64,000 nucleotides of DNA. It comes from Candidatus Kaiserbacteria bacterium. Its GTDB lineage: Bacteria; Patescibacteriota; Minisyncoccia; Phycocordibacterales; Phycocordibacteraceae. Shown piece by piece: positions 19,341-27,404 of the stretch (position 1 is its first letter; each line of letters opens with the position of its first letter). Position numbers and translations under genes: made by a program. Where the stretch lies: assembly GCA_029288865.1 (NCBI GenBank), contig JARIGM010000017.1:7131-71130 (forward strand). Reading direction: 5' to 3'. The notes below the pieces were generated by a model, which had not been told where the DNA came from, searched no databases, and saw nothing but the letters and a program-made list of their open reading frames with translations.

Positions 19341-20606
19341 ATGGCGACAATGATTACTAAAGAAAAGAGAACAGAGCCTCGCATCGCCGCCGAAGAGCTC
19401 CAGCCCAAGCTCATTCAGAAACAAGAAGAGCGCGCAGCAGAAGCTCCCGTTGTCGAGGAAAACGAGACTGATCGTCCGTGGTCAGTATTCGGAACGAAGA
19501 AGCTCAAGGAGAAGAAAAACGGCTACACGCATGTGAGCCTTTTCTCGGGAGTTGGCGGCCTCGACCTCGGCTTTCGCGCGGCAGGTTTCAGAACGGTGTG
19601 GGCGAACGACATCGATCCCGATGCGTGCGATACGTTCCGCGATAACCTCGGCGAGATAGCGGAGGGCGACATTCGTACCATCGGATGGCCGAAACTAGAA
19701 GAGCCGCTCGACGTGCTCTCGGCAGGATTTCCGTGCCAGCCATTTTCAAACGCAGGTTCCCGTCGCGGCGTCAGCGATCGTCGCGGCGACCTATTTAATT
19801 ACGCCCTCGAAGCGGTGCGCGAGCTGAATCCTCGCGTGGTCTTATTCGAGAACGTTCGCGGTCTGCTTTCAGTAAAGATCGGAAGGAAGCTGCTCATAGA
19901 GGAGATACTCCAACAGCTTCATAACCAAGGGTACGACTGCCAGTTCAAGCTCATCGACGCATCGAACCACCGGGTCGCGCAGCGACGCCTCCGCCTCCTC
20001 ATTGTCGGCGTGCGCCGCGATAGCGACCTTGGGCCATTCCGTTATCCGCAGGAGAAGCCGAAGATCGGGCTAAGCATCGGGGAGACCATACTAGACGCGA
20101 CTCCCGACCTTCCGAACCAGGGAGAGCTCATGCAGCTCAACCCCCAAGCCATCGAACTCGGCTCGTATATCCCGGAAGGCGGATCGTGGAAGGATATTCC
20201 ATACGACAAGCTACCCGAGCGCTTGCAGTACATCAGGAACAACATGGAGAAGTACCGATGGCCGAAATTCTATGCCCGCTTCCACCGCGACGACATCGCC
20301 GGAACCATTACGGCGGCTTTCAAGCCAGAGAACGCAGGCGTTTGGCATCCCGTTGAGACTAGGGTATTCTCAGTCCGTGAGATAGCGAGAATCCAGAGCT
20401 TCCCGGACTGGTTCGTGTTCGGGGGCCGGAGCGTCAAGTCGAAGTACCAGCAAATAGGGAATGCCGTTCCTCCGAGGCTCGCCTACGAGGTTGCCCTCGA
20501 AGTAGTGAACGTACTCGAGGGGCATAAGCCCCGGACGCTGACCGATTTCTTGAAAGAGAAGCGTCCATTGCGACCTTCCGACAAGGCGATTCACTACGAA
20601 CCATGA
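19341..20606 (+). CDS. DNA (cytosine-5)-methyltransferase
   Basis: Motif I FSGVGG, catalytic GFPCQPFS, ENV, QRRLR, REIARIQSFP, QIGNAV. Confidence 0.95.
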   Translation: MATMITKEKRTEPRIAAEELQPKLIQKQEERAAEAPVVEENETDRPWSVFGTKKLKEKKNGYTHVSLFSGVGGLDLGFRAAGFRTVWANDIDPDACDTFRDNLGEIAEGDIRTIGWPKLEEPLDVLSAGFPCQPFSNAGSRRGVSDRRGDLFNYALEAVRELNPRVVLFENVRGLLSVKIGRKLLIEEILQQLHNQGYDCQFKLIDASNHRVAQRRLRLLIVGVRRDSDLGPFRYPQEKPKIGLSIGETILDATPDLPNQGELMQLNPQAIELGSYIPEGGSWKDIPYDKLPERLQYIRNNMEKYRWPKFYARFHRDDIAGTITAAFKPENAGVWHPVETRVFSVREIARIQSFPDWFVFGGRSVKSKYQQIGNAVPPRLAYEVALEVVNVLEGHKPRTLTDFLKEKRPLRPSDKAIHYEP

Positions 20607-20609
20607 ACT

Positions 20610-21434
20610 ATGCGCTACCTAAACGAAAATCTGATACGGGATTCATTCCTGCGTCTACGCCAGAATGAGACCGGAGGAAAGACTGGTCTCGAGCGCACAT
20701 CGGCATTGATGTGCTTTCTTGCGTTTGATGCCCTCCTAAAGCGCACCGGCGGCACTGCGCCGCTCGATTTCAACCCGGATGTCAGTCTCGGCGTGAACAA
20801 CAGGTCTGGTCTTAGCCGCGAATTCACGCGGCTCGTTCAGTTGAAGAACGGCAGCGATCCATATCATGTGCTCAATCTAGGAGAGGTTTCAGTCGGCGGG
20901 AATCCTCCCGAGAAGCGATTCTCCTCGAACTTCCTTACGGTCTCTCTCAAGAAAGCGACCACGAGCGCAACGGCGTACGGCTATCCGAGCCGCCCATCGA
21001 ACCCGCTGCTCATGCTCGGGCCCGAGGCAACGGGGCTTACTTGGGGAATCGATCGCCACCCGGACTGGAAGTCGAACCTTCCCGTCTTCCTCCACGGACG
21101 TAAGACCAAGACTCCGTTCACAGACCTAGCGATCTTCGTCCTTCGCTCAAGGGGAGTCGATTCGGAGCACACCACCCTGCAGGATGTCCTGAATGACGGG
21201 CTCTGCGAAGTGTTCACGGACGAGCTCTGTGCGTTCTGGAAGAGCCAGATTTCGCTCGAAAAGATTTACTTCACCGAAGTTGCCGATCCGTTCCAGGACG
21301 AACTCGCATCGCCGTTCGCTGACTGCTCATGGATGGGCGACATGCAGCCTGGCAATGGAGAGAACGAACTCGCCTCGCGCGTGATCTACCTCGAGGGCTT
21401 GCTTCGCCTGCACAATATTCCGTTTGAAGAATAA
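20610..21434 (+). CDS. Hypothetical protein (gene 2 of MTase operon)
   Basis: 274-aa ORF, 3 nt after MTase stop; no motif recognised. Confidence 0.75.
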   Translation: MRYLNENLIRDSFLRLRQNETGGKTGLERTSALMCFLAFDALLKRTGGTAPLDFNPDVSLGVNNRSGLSREFTRLVQLKNGSDPYHVLNLGEVSVGGNPPEKRFSSNFLTVSLKKATTSATAYGYPSRPSNPLLMLGPEATGLTWGIDRHPDWKSNLPVFLHGRKTKTPFTDLAIFVLRSRGVDSEHTTLQDVLNDGLCEVFTDELCAFWKSQISLEKIYFTEVADPFQDELASPFADCSWMGDMQPGNGENELASRVIYLEGLLRLHNIPFEE

Positions 21435-21446
21435 TTTTTAATACTT

Positions 21447-22574
21447 ATGACAAACACGAAACCATCGTTCCTTCTCGAGAAGCCAGAGCCGATACTCCGC
21501 ACGCGCCTCTATAACGGCCGCCGCCTGCAGGTCTGGGAAGGCCGCGCGAAGATGTCCGAGATCAAAGGATGGGCGGAGAACCCGCGCATCGACCTCGCGA
21601 AGCGAAGTCTCCAGCAAGCCGTGGGAACCCGCGCGCTGCAGCAGGACGAACTCTACGACCTGATGAAGAAGGATTCGGATGTGAAGCTCGCGGCTTTGCG
21701 CGACGACATCATGAAGAACGGCTTGCGAGAGCCGATCACCCTCTCATTCGACGGTAAGCTGCTCGACGGAAACCGCCGCTTCTTCGCGGTGCGCTATATC
21801 CTTGAAACGCTTCCAACGACCGAGCCGAATCGCCAGGATCACGAAACGATAGACGCGTACGTGCTCATGGAGGATGCGACAGAAGACGATGAGCAGCGCG
21901 TCCTCGTGGAAGAGAACTTCTCGCCATCGCTCAAGATCGAGTGGCCCGACTACGTCAAGGCATCGCATGTCATAAAGGAGCACGAAGCCGGTATCGATAC
22001 GGCAGACATCGCAAAGAAGTTCAAGTGGCCGGCAAGCAAAGTAAAGGAAACGATCCGCATCAACCAGATCATCAATGACTTCCTTACTTATGCGACAGCG
22101 CCGGAAGACCCGAACGATGAGCTCGGCGGCGGCCTCGGGCTTACGGAGCAGGAGGCGGAAACGATTGCTGCGAAGAACTACCAGTTCTTCAATGAAGCCC
22201 AGAAGTCCTTCTACGAGCCGTTGCAGACCGATCTCGAGTTCAAGGCAAACTTCTTTCGCTGGATGAAGCAGGAAAAGTTCTCGAGCTTCCCGGAAGTCCG
22301 CATCGCATACAAGGCGTGGAAAGACCCGGAAGTGAAGGCGATCATCGCAGGGAACGATCCTGATGCAGCCAAGGACGCAAAGTCCACGCTCGACTACAAT
22401 GCGCGCGTTGTGCGATCAGGCGACGAAGCAGCGGGCCGCATCGACGCGTTCGTGAAATTCCTCAAGGCCATGAAAGCCGGAGAGATCAAAGCGCTTCCCG
22501 CGTCCGCGCGCGAGAGCCTCACCGAAGCGCTGACGCTTATCGAGAAGATGAGTTCAGCCGCTTCAGAAGAGTAA
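21447..22574 (+). CDS. ParB/Srx-like N-terminal domain protein
   Basis: ENPRI...LRDDIMKNGLREPI...LLDGNRR; HTH-like segment TADIAKKFKWPASKV. Confidence 0.75.
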   Translation: MTNTKPSFLLEKPEPILRTRLYNGRRLQVWEGRAKMSEIKGWAENPRIDLAKRSLQQAVGTRALQQDELYDLMKKDSDVKLAALRDDIMKNGLREPITLSFDGKLLDGNRRFFAVRYILETLPTTEPNRQDHETIDAYVLMEDATEDDEQRVLVEENFSPSLKIEWPDYVKASHVIKEHEAGIDTADIAKKFKWPASKVKETIRINQIINDFLTYATAPEDPNDELGGGLGLTEQEAETIAAKNYQFFNEAQKSFYEPLQTDLEFKANFFRWMKQEKFSSFPEVRIAYKAWKDPEVKAIIAGNDPDAAKDAKSTLDYNARVVRSGDEAAGRIDAFVKFLKAMKAGEIKALPASARESLTEALTLIEKMSSAASEE

Positions 22575-22592
22575 ATTGCGGCTGAACTCCTG

Positions 22593-24290
22593 ATGCCATT
22601 CACTTTTAAAGTACAGAACTCACAGATTATTTGCGAAGGAGAAGGCGTCCCATTTCTTCGACTCAAGGCGAAGTTGAGCGAGGCCCTGGGACATGGTCAG
22701 ATCACGACCATCGGCCCGAAATCCTTCTCATTGCCGATCATCGCTGCTGTCGCAGCGTCTTCCGTATTCCAAGAAGTCTGCGGCGCTATCCCCGAAGCGC
22801 TCTCGGGAGAGACTGATGTGTATGATCGGCACCGCGCCGCTCGTGATGTCGCCATGCAGGGAGTTCGTGATAACAAGGTAGATCAGCTCGAGACGCCATG
22901 GCCTGAAATCCTCGACCCCGCGCAGGCAATCGCCGTCACCGCAATGACCACGCCAGGACTCCTCGGCCTCTGCCTGTTCGATGAGCAGGGTATAGGGAAG
23001 ACTCTTACCACACTCGCTGCGTTCGACGTTCTAAGGCAGCGCGGCGAGACTGACTGCCTCGTCATAGTTTCTCCCGTCACCATGATGGGTGGTTGGTCAA
23101 AGGAGATAGAGAAGTTCCTTCCGGGAAAATACCGAGTAAGAACGGCCGAAGGCTCGGCAGAGGAGAAACGGAAAGCGGTGCTCTCGCCGTTCGACGTGCT
23201 GATCTGCAATTTCGAGTCGGTCCCGTCTCTTCTTGTCGCGCTCAAGGGCGTACTCGGTTCAAAGAAGGCGACCTTGGCTGTCGACGAGTCATTCAATGTA
23301 AAGAACAAAGATGCGTTCCGATCGGTCGCCGTGCGCGAACTGCGCGATTTCTGCGTAAAGGGGTTCGTCATGTGCGGCACCCCGGCTCCGAATTCCGCGA
23401 TCGATGTCATCAGCCAATTCGACATCGCCGACAGCGGCTACACATTCGCAGGTTTCGTGCCGCCTAAGGACGAAGAAGACCGGACGCAGCTCATAAACGA
23501 ACGGATAGAGCAGAGAGGCGCATACGTGCGACGCCTGAAGGAGCAGGTGCTCCCGATGCTGCCGGATAAGAAATTCAACCTGGTCTCCGTATCCATGACA
23601 GGGAGGCAGGCCGCACTCTATGAGGAATCACGGGGCCAGTTAGAGCTTTCCCTCAAGAGCATGGATAACGCGACCTTCCGAAAGTCGCTTGCTACCTATT
23701 TCCAGCAGCGTTCGACTCTCCTCCAAATCTGCGCGTGCCCCGAAGCCGTAGATCCCACTTTCTCCGACAAGTCCGCCAAGCTCGAGGCCCTCGATAAGCT
23801 CGTCGAGGAGATCGTCGAGCGCGGCCAGAAGAAGCTCCTCATCTGGTCGTTCTATCGCGCGAGCCTCCAAAGCATTATGAAGCGCTACGAGAGATATTCG
23901 CCGGTACTGCTCGACGGAAGCTCGTCGGCAAAGGAACGGGCTGATGCTGTGCATCTCTTCCAAAACGATCCGCAAGTCCGCATCTGCGTAGCGAACCCGG
24001 CAGCCGCCGGCGCCGGCATCACGCTACATGCGGCATCGGACGCCGTATACATCTCTTTCTCCAACCAGGCGGCTCACTTCCTGCAGTCCCTCGATCGCAT
24101 ACACCGAAGAGGCCAGGAAGCCGAGAATGTGAACTATCATTTAGTAGTGTGCCGAGGCACGATAGAGGAGGGCGAGGTACAGCGCTTGCGCGAAAAGGAA
24201 GTGCGCCAGCACGAGCTTCTCGGCGACGAGGTGAAGTGGCCGAACTCTCTCGACGAGGCCCTCGCAGAACTCTCAATACCTCATGAATAA
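22593..24290 (+). CDS. SNF2-family helicase/ATPase
   Basis: Walker A DEQGIGKT, Walker B VDES, GTP, SAKLEAL, AAGAGITL, motif VI QSLDRIHRRGQ. Confidence 0.9.
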   Translation: MPFTFKVQNSQIICEGEGVPFLRLKAKLSEALGHGQITTIGPKSFSLPIIAAVAASSVFQEVCGAIPEALSGETDVYDRHRAARDVAMQGVRDNKVDQLETPWPEILDPAQAIAVTAMTTPGLLGLCLFDEQGIGKTLTTLAAFDVLRQRGETDCLVIVSPVTMMGGWSKEIEKFLPGKYRVRTAEGSAEEKRKAVLSPFDVLICNFESVPSLLVALKGVLGSKKATLAVDESFNVKNKDAFRSVAVRELRDFCVKGFVMCGTPAPNSAIDVISQFDIADSGYTFAGFVPPKDEEDRTQLINERIEQRGAYVRRLKEQVLPMLPDKKFNLVSVSMTGRQAALYEESRGQLELSLKSMDNATFRKSLATYFQQRSTLLQICACPEAVDPTFSDKSAKLEALDKLVEEIVERGQKKLLIWSFYRASLQSIMKRYERYSPVLLDGSSSAKERADAVHLFQNDPQVRICVANPAAAGAGITLHAASDAVYISFSNQAAHFLQSLDRIHRRGQEAENVNYHLVVCRGTIEEGEVQRLREKEVRQHELLGDEVKWPNSLDEALAELSIPHE

Positions 24291-25494
24291 AGATCACGTC
24301 TGGATATTTAACGAGGCAGCTTTAGGCTCCGGCATGGACGGGCCGCTTTCGCTTGAGTATCACGTGCCGGGCGGGAAGATGAAGGCGGAACCCGGTGCCC
24401 TCGTCGGATCGAGGCTCTGGCTCGTCGTGCGAAGCGGAGACGAGGAGTTCCTGTACGCCATGCTTGCGCCTACGAGCATCGAGCTCTATCAAGAGGGGAA
24501 GTATAAGGACGACTTCCTCCTCACTTCCGAAGGATTCCTCTCGGCTCGCTTCCTCCCTCACCGCGAATCGCGCGAGCCGTGGAAACTACCCTCGCTCAAA
24601 GGCGAAGAAGGGATACGCGAATGCGACGATGCAGAGCGCACCTCATTCATTGAGATGCTCGAACGGAACGAGCGCGTCAGCTTCGCGGCTCCGTCCCGCG
24701 GAGAGCTCGAGTCCATTCCGCGAACTGCTTTCAGCGACCTAGAACATGCTGTGCCCGACCAGCTCATGTCGGTTCTGCGAACAGTCGCATTCGGAGACAT
24801 CTCACGCGTGCGCTCATCGCCAGCGTCCCTCTCGGCGCTCGGCGGTATTGCTCTCACTATACTCAAGTCGGTACGGCCGGAACTCCCGGAAGCGGAAATG
24901 ATAGAACTCATCGCCGCGCTTGACCCGATGGGCACCCTCGATTCAGTCGAAGAATCCAAAGAGAAGATAACGAAGACGATCGCATCTCTGCCTCCTGTAG
25001 TCGATACGTTCCTCGAAGAAGTCGACCCTGATAAAATATCGCCCCGCAAATTCGTTGCCGGTGCGCCCGCGTACTCCTCAGAATGGCTCGATAAGACCAA
25101 TGACGCGGAGCAGGCACACGAACAGATTCTCAAGGACACAGTGCTCTATTTGAAGGGCAAGGGCTTTAAGGTTTACAAGACCCGGAGTTTCGACCTCTTC
25201 GCAGAGAAGAACGGCATTCGATTCCTCTGCGAGATCAAGAGCGCCAACGGCTTTAATTCAGTCGCGCAGGGCGAAAAGGGAATCGTGCAGCTTCTTCGGT
25301 ACTCGACCGCACTAACGGATGGCGGGATAAGATACCTGCTCGTCTTACAGGATTCGAGGCAGGATGCGGTGCATGAGTATCTTTCAAAGATGGCTGATCG
25401 TGCTGGCTCCGAGCTCTGGCTGTACAATGGCGAAAAGGAGTGGCCGGCGCGCATATCGAATCTCAATGCTATATCGGCTGAATCATGGAACTAA
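24283..25494 (+). CDS. Putative PD-(D/E)XK nuclease (C-terminal domain)
   Basis: E...FDLFAEK...CEIKS...GIVQLLRY (D...ExK plus QxxxY); overlaps helicase stop. Confidence 0.6.
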   Translation: MNKDHVWIFNEAALGSGMDGPLSLEYHVPGGKMKAEPGALVGSRLWLVVRSGDEEFLYAMLAPTSIELYQEGKYKDDFLLTSEGFLSARFLPHRESREPWKLPSLKGEEGIRECDDAERTSFIEMLERNERVSFAAPSRGELESIPRTAFSDLEHAVPDQLMSVLRTVAFGDISRVRSSPASLSALGGIALTILKSVRPELPEAEMIELIAALDPMGTLDSVEESKEKITKTIASLPPVVDTFLEEVDPDKISPRKFVAGAPAYSSEWLDKTNDAEQAHEQILKDTVLYLKGKGFKVYKTRSFDLFAEKNGIRFLCEIKSANGFNSVAQGEKGIVQLLRYSTALTDGGIRYLLVLQDSRQDAVHEYLSKMADRAGSELWLYNGEKEWPARISNLNAISAESWN

Positions 25495-25553
25495 CAACCA
25501 TCGGACTCATAATATTTGCCCTTATCGTGGTAGGAATCTGGCTCTGGAACTAG
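25485..25553 (+). CDS. Possible 22-aa single-TM micropeptide
   Basis: MELTTIGLIIFALIVVGIWLWN; ATG overlaps nuclease 3' end; below ORF-track cutoff. Confidence 0.35.
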   Translation: MELTTIGLIIFALIVVGIWLWN

Positions 25554-25555
25554 CC

Positions 25556-25584
25556 TTGACATAAGGGGCTATATGTGATAATCT
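25556..25584 (+). promoter_or_regulatory. Sigma70-type promoter for DGR target gene
   Basis: TTGACA (25556-25561), 17-nt spacer, TAATCT (25579-25584) preceded by extended TG. Confidence 0.55.
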
Positions 25585-25720
25585 CTACCCCGAGAATGGT
25601 CTTTGAAAAGGTTCAGGAATGAGGCGAGTTTTTTGCTGCTTTCCAAGGCATTAGAAAACTCGTCTCATTCGAGACAGTCGCTACCCCGAGCGCTTCGGGA
25701 ACTACCAAAGGAGAACGACG

Positions 25721-26530
25721 ATGACGACTCAGTCGATCACGTCCGACCAGTCCAAGCAGTTCAAGCGTTTCGTCGAGGACGCGAGCGATCGCGCCCTCAA
25801 GGACGTCAACCCCGACAAGGACGGCCTGCAGCGTCTCATCGAGCGCGGCGGCGAGTTCCAGGCTTACCTCCTGGCCGGCATCAGCCGGTTCACGAGCAAG
25901 CTGCCGGACTACACCCTGGCCCGTTCGATCCTCGGCAACGACTTCATCTCCGCCGACGAGATCATGACGGCCCGCGGCGTCCAGTACACCGAGGATCAGC
26001 TGATCGAGCTGGGGCGCAAGCTCCCCGATCAGGCCACGCTCGAAGCGATCCGCGATGCCGGCATGATGCTGGTCGCGGGCCCGCCCACGGCGATGTCGAT
26101 GCTCGACGTCCGCGCCGTCCATGCCGACTTCTTCTACTCGAAGGGGCCGGAGCAGGACGATTCGGGCTGGTACGACGATGCCGGCGAGAAGTTCGCGCGC
26201 AACGACAAGACCGATGCGCTCGGCTGGATCGCGTTCCGCAAGGAGCCGGTCGAAGACTCGCTGTCGAAGAACTGGGAAGAGCAGCAGGCGCTCGTCGCCG
26301 AGCCGATGATGATCCCCAACGCCGCCGAGGCGACCTGGGCGCTGACGACCTTCAAGGCCGTCCGCGACATCTATCTGCTCGACGAGCTCTACGTTCGCAC
26401 CAGTTCGGTCGACTCGGACGGCGACCGCGTGGACGTCGGCGATTTCGATGCCGATGGCCTCGACGTCCGCAGCTATTGGGACGACCACCGGGACTCCAGC
26501 TTGGGCGTTTCGGCGTCTCGGAAGTTCTGA
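25721..26530 (+). CDS. DGR target protein with C-terminal variable region (CLec-like fold inferred)
   Basis: 269 aa, AAGGAG RBS; last ~38 codons match TR; C-terminus ...RTSS...V.VG.F...GL.V..YWDD.R.S.LGVSASRKF. Confidence 0.93.
   Translation: MTTQSITSDQSKQFKRFVEDASDRALKDVNPDKDGLQRLIERGGEFQAYLLAGISRFTSKLPDYTLARSILGNDFISADEIMTARGVQYTEDQLIELGRKLPDQATLEAIRDAGMMLVAGPPTAMSMLDVRAVHADFFYSKGPEQDDSGWYDDAGEKFARNDKTDALGWIAFRKEPVEDSLSKNWEEQQALVAEPMMIPNAAEATWALTTFKAVRDIYLLDELYVRTSSVDSDGDRVDVGDFDADGLDVRSYWDDHRDSSLGVSASRKF
26409..26521 (+). repeat. DGR variable repeat (VR)
   Basis: 113 bp; differs from 26884-26996 at 10 positions, all A in TR. Confidence 0.97.
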
Positions 26531-26568
26531 ACCTCGAACCCTTGAGGACTTGATCCTCTTGAATCCTT

Positions 26569-26604
26569 GAACCCTCGCGCGCTTGCGCGGGGGTTCTTTC
26601 TTTT
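26569..26604 (+). terminator. GC-rich hairpin with U-tract downstream of VR
   Basis: GAACCCTCGCGC-GCTT-GCGCGGGGGTTC-TTTCTTTT. Confidence 0.7.
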
Positions 26605-26883
26605 GATACTATCGACCTATCTTGCTAATGAAGGCCCGGCTACGGTTCGGCCTCGCGGGATGTCTCGCCTCAAACTCGTCAGAGTGCCGGCGTCTACGGA
26701 TTACGGCAGAGCGCGAAGAGGATAGAGATTGAACTTCTTGTCCGCTCCTGGTGGAGATGTTCCTCGAGTCGCATCGGGAGCTGCTCCCGCAATATATTCA
26801 GGATCGAGAGGATATAGGGATGAGGTGCAAGCCCTCCGGCAAACCTCAAGGTCTGGTGATAGGGATGGGGGTGGACAAATTTC

Positions 26884-26996
26884 TCGACTCGGACGGCAAC
26901 CGCGTGAACGTCGGCAATTTCGATGCCGATGGCCTCAACGTCAACAACTATTGGGACGACAACCGGAACTCCAACTTGGGCGTTTCGGCGTCTCGG
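26884..26996 (+). repeat. DGR template repeat (TR)
   Basis: 113 bp, nine AAY codons in VR frame; A-free 3' segment shared with VR (IMH*-like). Confidence 0.97.
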
Positions 26997-27020
26997 CAGT
27001 CGCCTCTCTATCCAAGCGTA

Positions 27021-27046
27021 AAATCCCGCCTTTCGGGGCGGGATTT
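27021..27046. terminator. Hairpin between TR and avd stop (DGR RNA spacer structure and/or avd terminator)
   Basis: AAATCCCGCCT-TTCG-GGGCGGGATTT. Confidence 0.6.
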
Positions 27047-27049
27047 ATG

Positions 27050-27400
27050 CTACCGCTCTTTCGTGGACTTTATCCATCCTCCGAGCATCCTTCCGATCTC
27101 GTCGATCTTCGTCTCGAGGGAGACGTACTTCTTGTTATCGATGGCCTTCACATCGCACATGAGGCGGATGAAGACGCGCAGTAGATTCAGCTTCATGCTC
27201 GCTTCTTCGAGCGCAGGGAGCTTCTCTGCCTTCGCAGTCTGACCGGCCAGGAGAATGCTCTCGAGCATCTCGACCATCAGCGTCTCGCACTTCTGCCAAA
27301 TGGTGTAGCGGTCTTGCTTAGGGACATCGGCGCGGTATCCATAAAAGACCTTATACAGATCGTAGGACTTCTTAAAAATCGGCGTATCAAATTCATTCAT
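27050..27400 (-). CDS. avd: Accessory variability determinant (Avd-like four-helix bundle)
   Basis: 116 aa; PIFKKSYDL...PKQDRYT...LNLLRVFIRL...EIGRMLGGW; located between TR and RT. Confidence 0.88.
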   Translation of the reverse strand: MNEFDTPIFKKSYDLYKVFYGYRADVPKQDRYTIWQKCETLMVEMLESILLAGQTAKAEKLPALEEASMKLNLLRVFIRLMCDVKAIDNKKYVSLETKIDEIGRMLGGWIKSTKER

Positions 27401-27404
27401 AGGC

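Noticed and set aside
25603-26553. Overlapping 316-aa (+) and 291-aa (-) ORFs over the DGR target
   Set aside because: Alternative-frame artefacts of strong GC3 bias; only 25721-26530 has an RBS and the VR in the AAY frame
19129-26593. 14-bp match CGCTTGCGCGGGGG between pemK and VR downstream hairpins
   Set aside because: Explained by convergent GC-rich hairpins with a similar loop; within chance expectation
26751-27242. 163-aa ORF reading through TR in the VR frame (possible second target)
   Set aside because: It contains the unmutated AAY-rich template, has no RBS, and its 3' part is antisense to avd; TRs are usually stop-free in this frame
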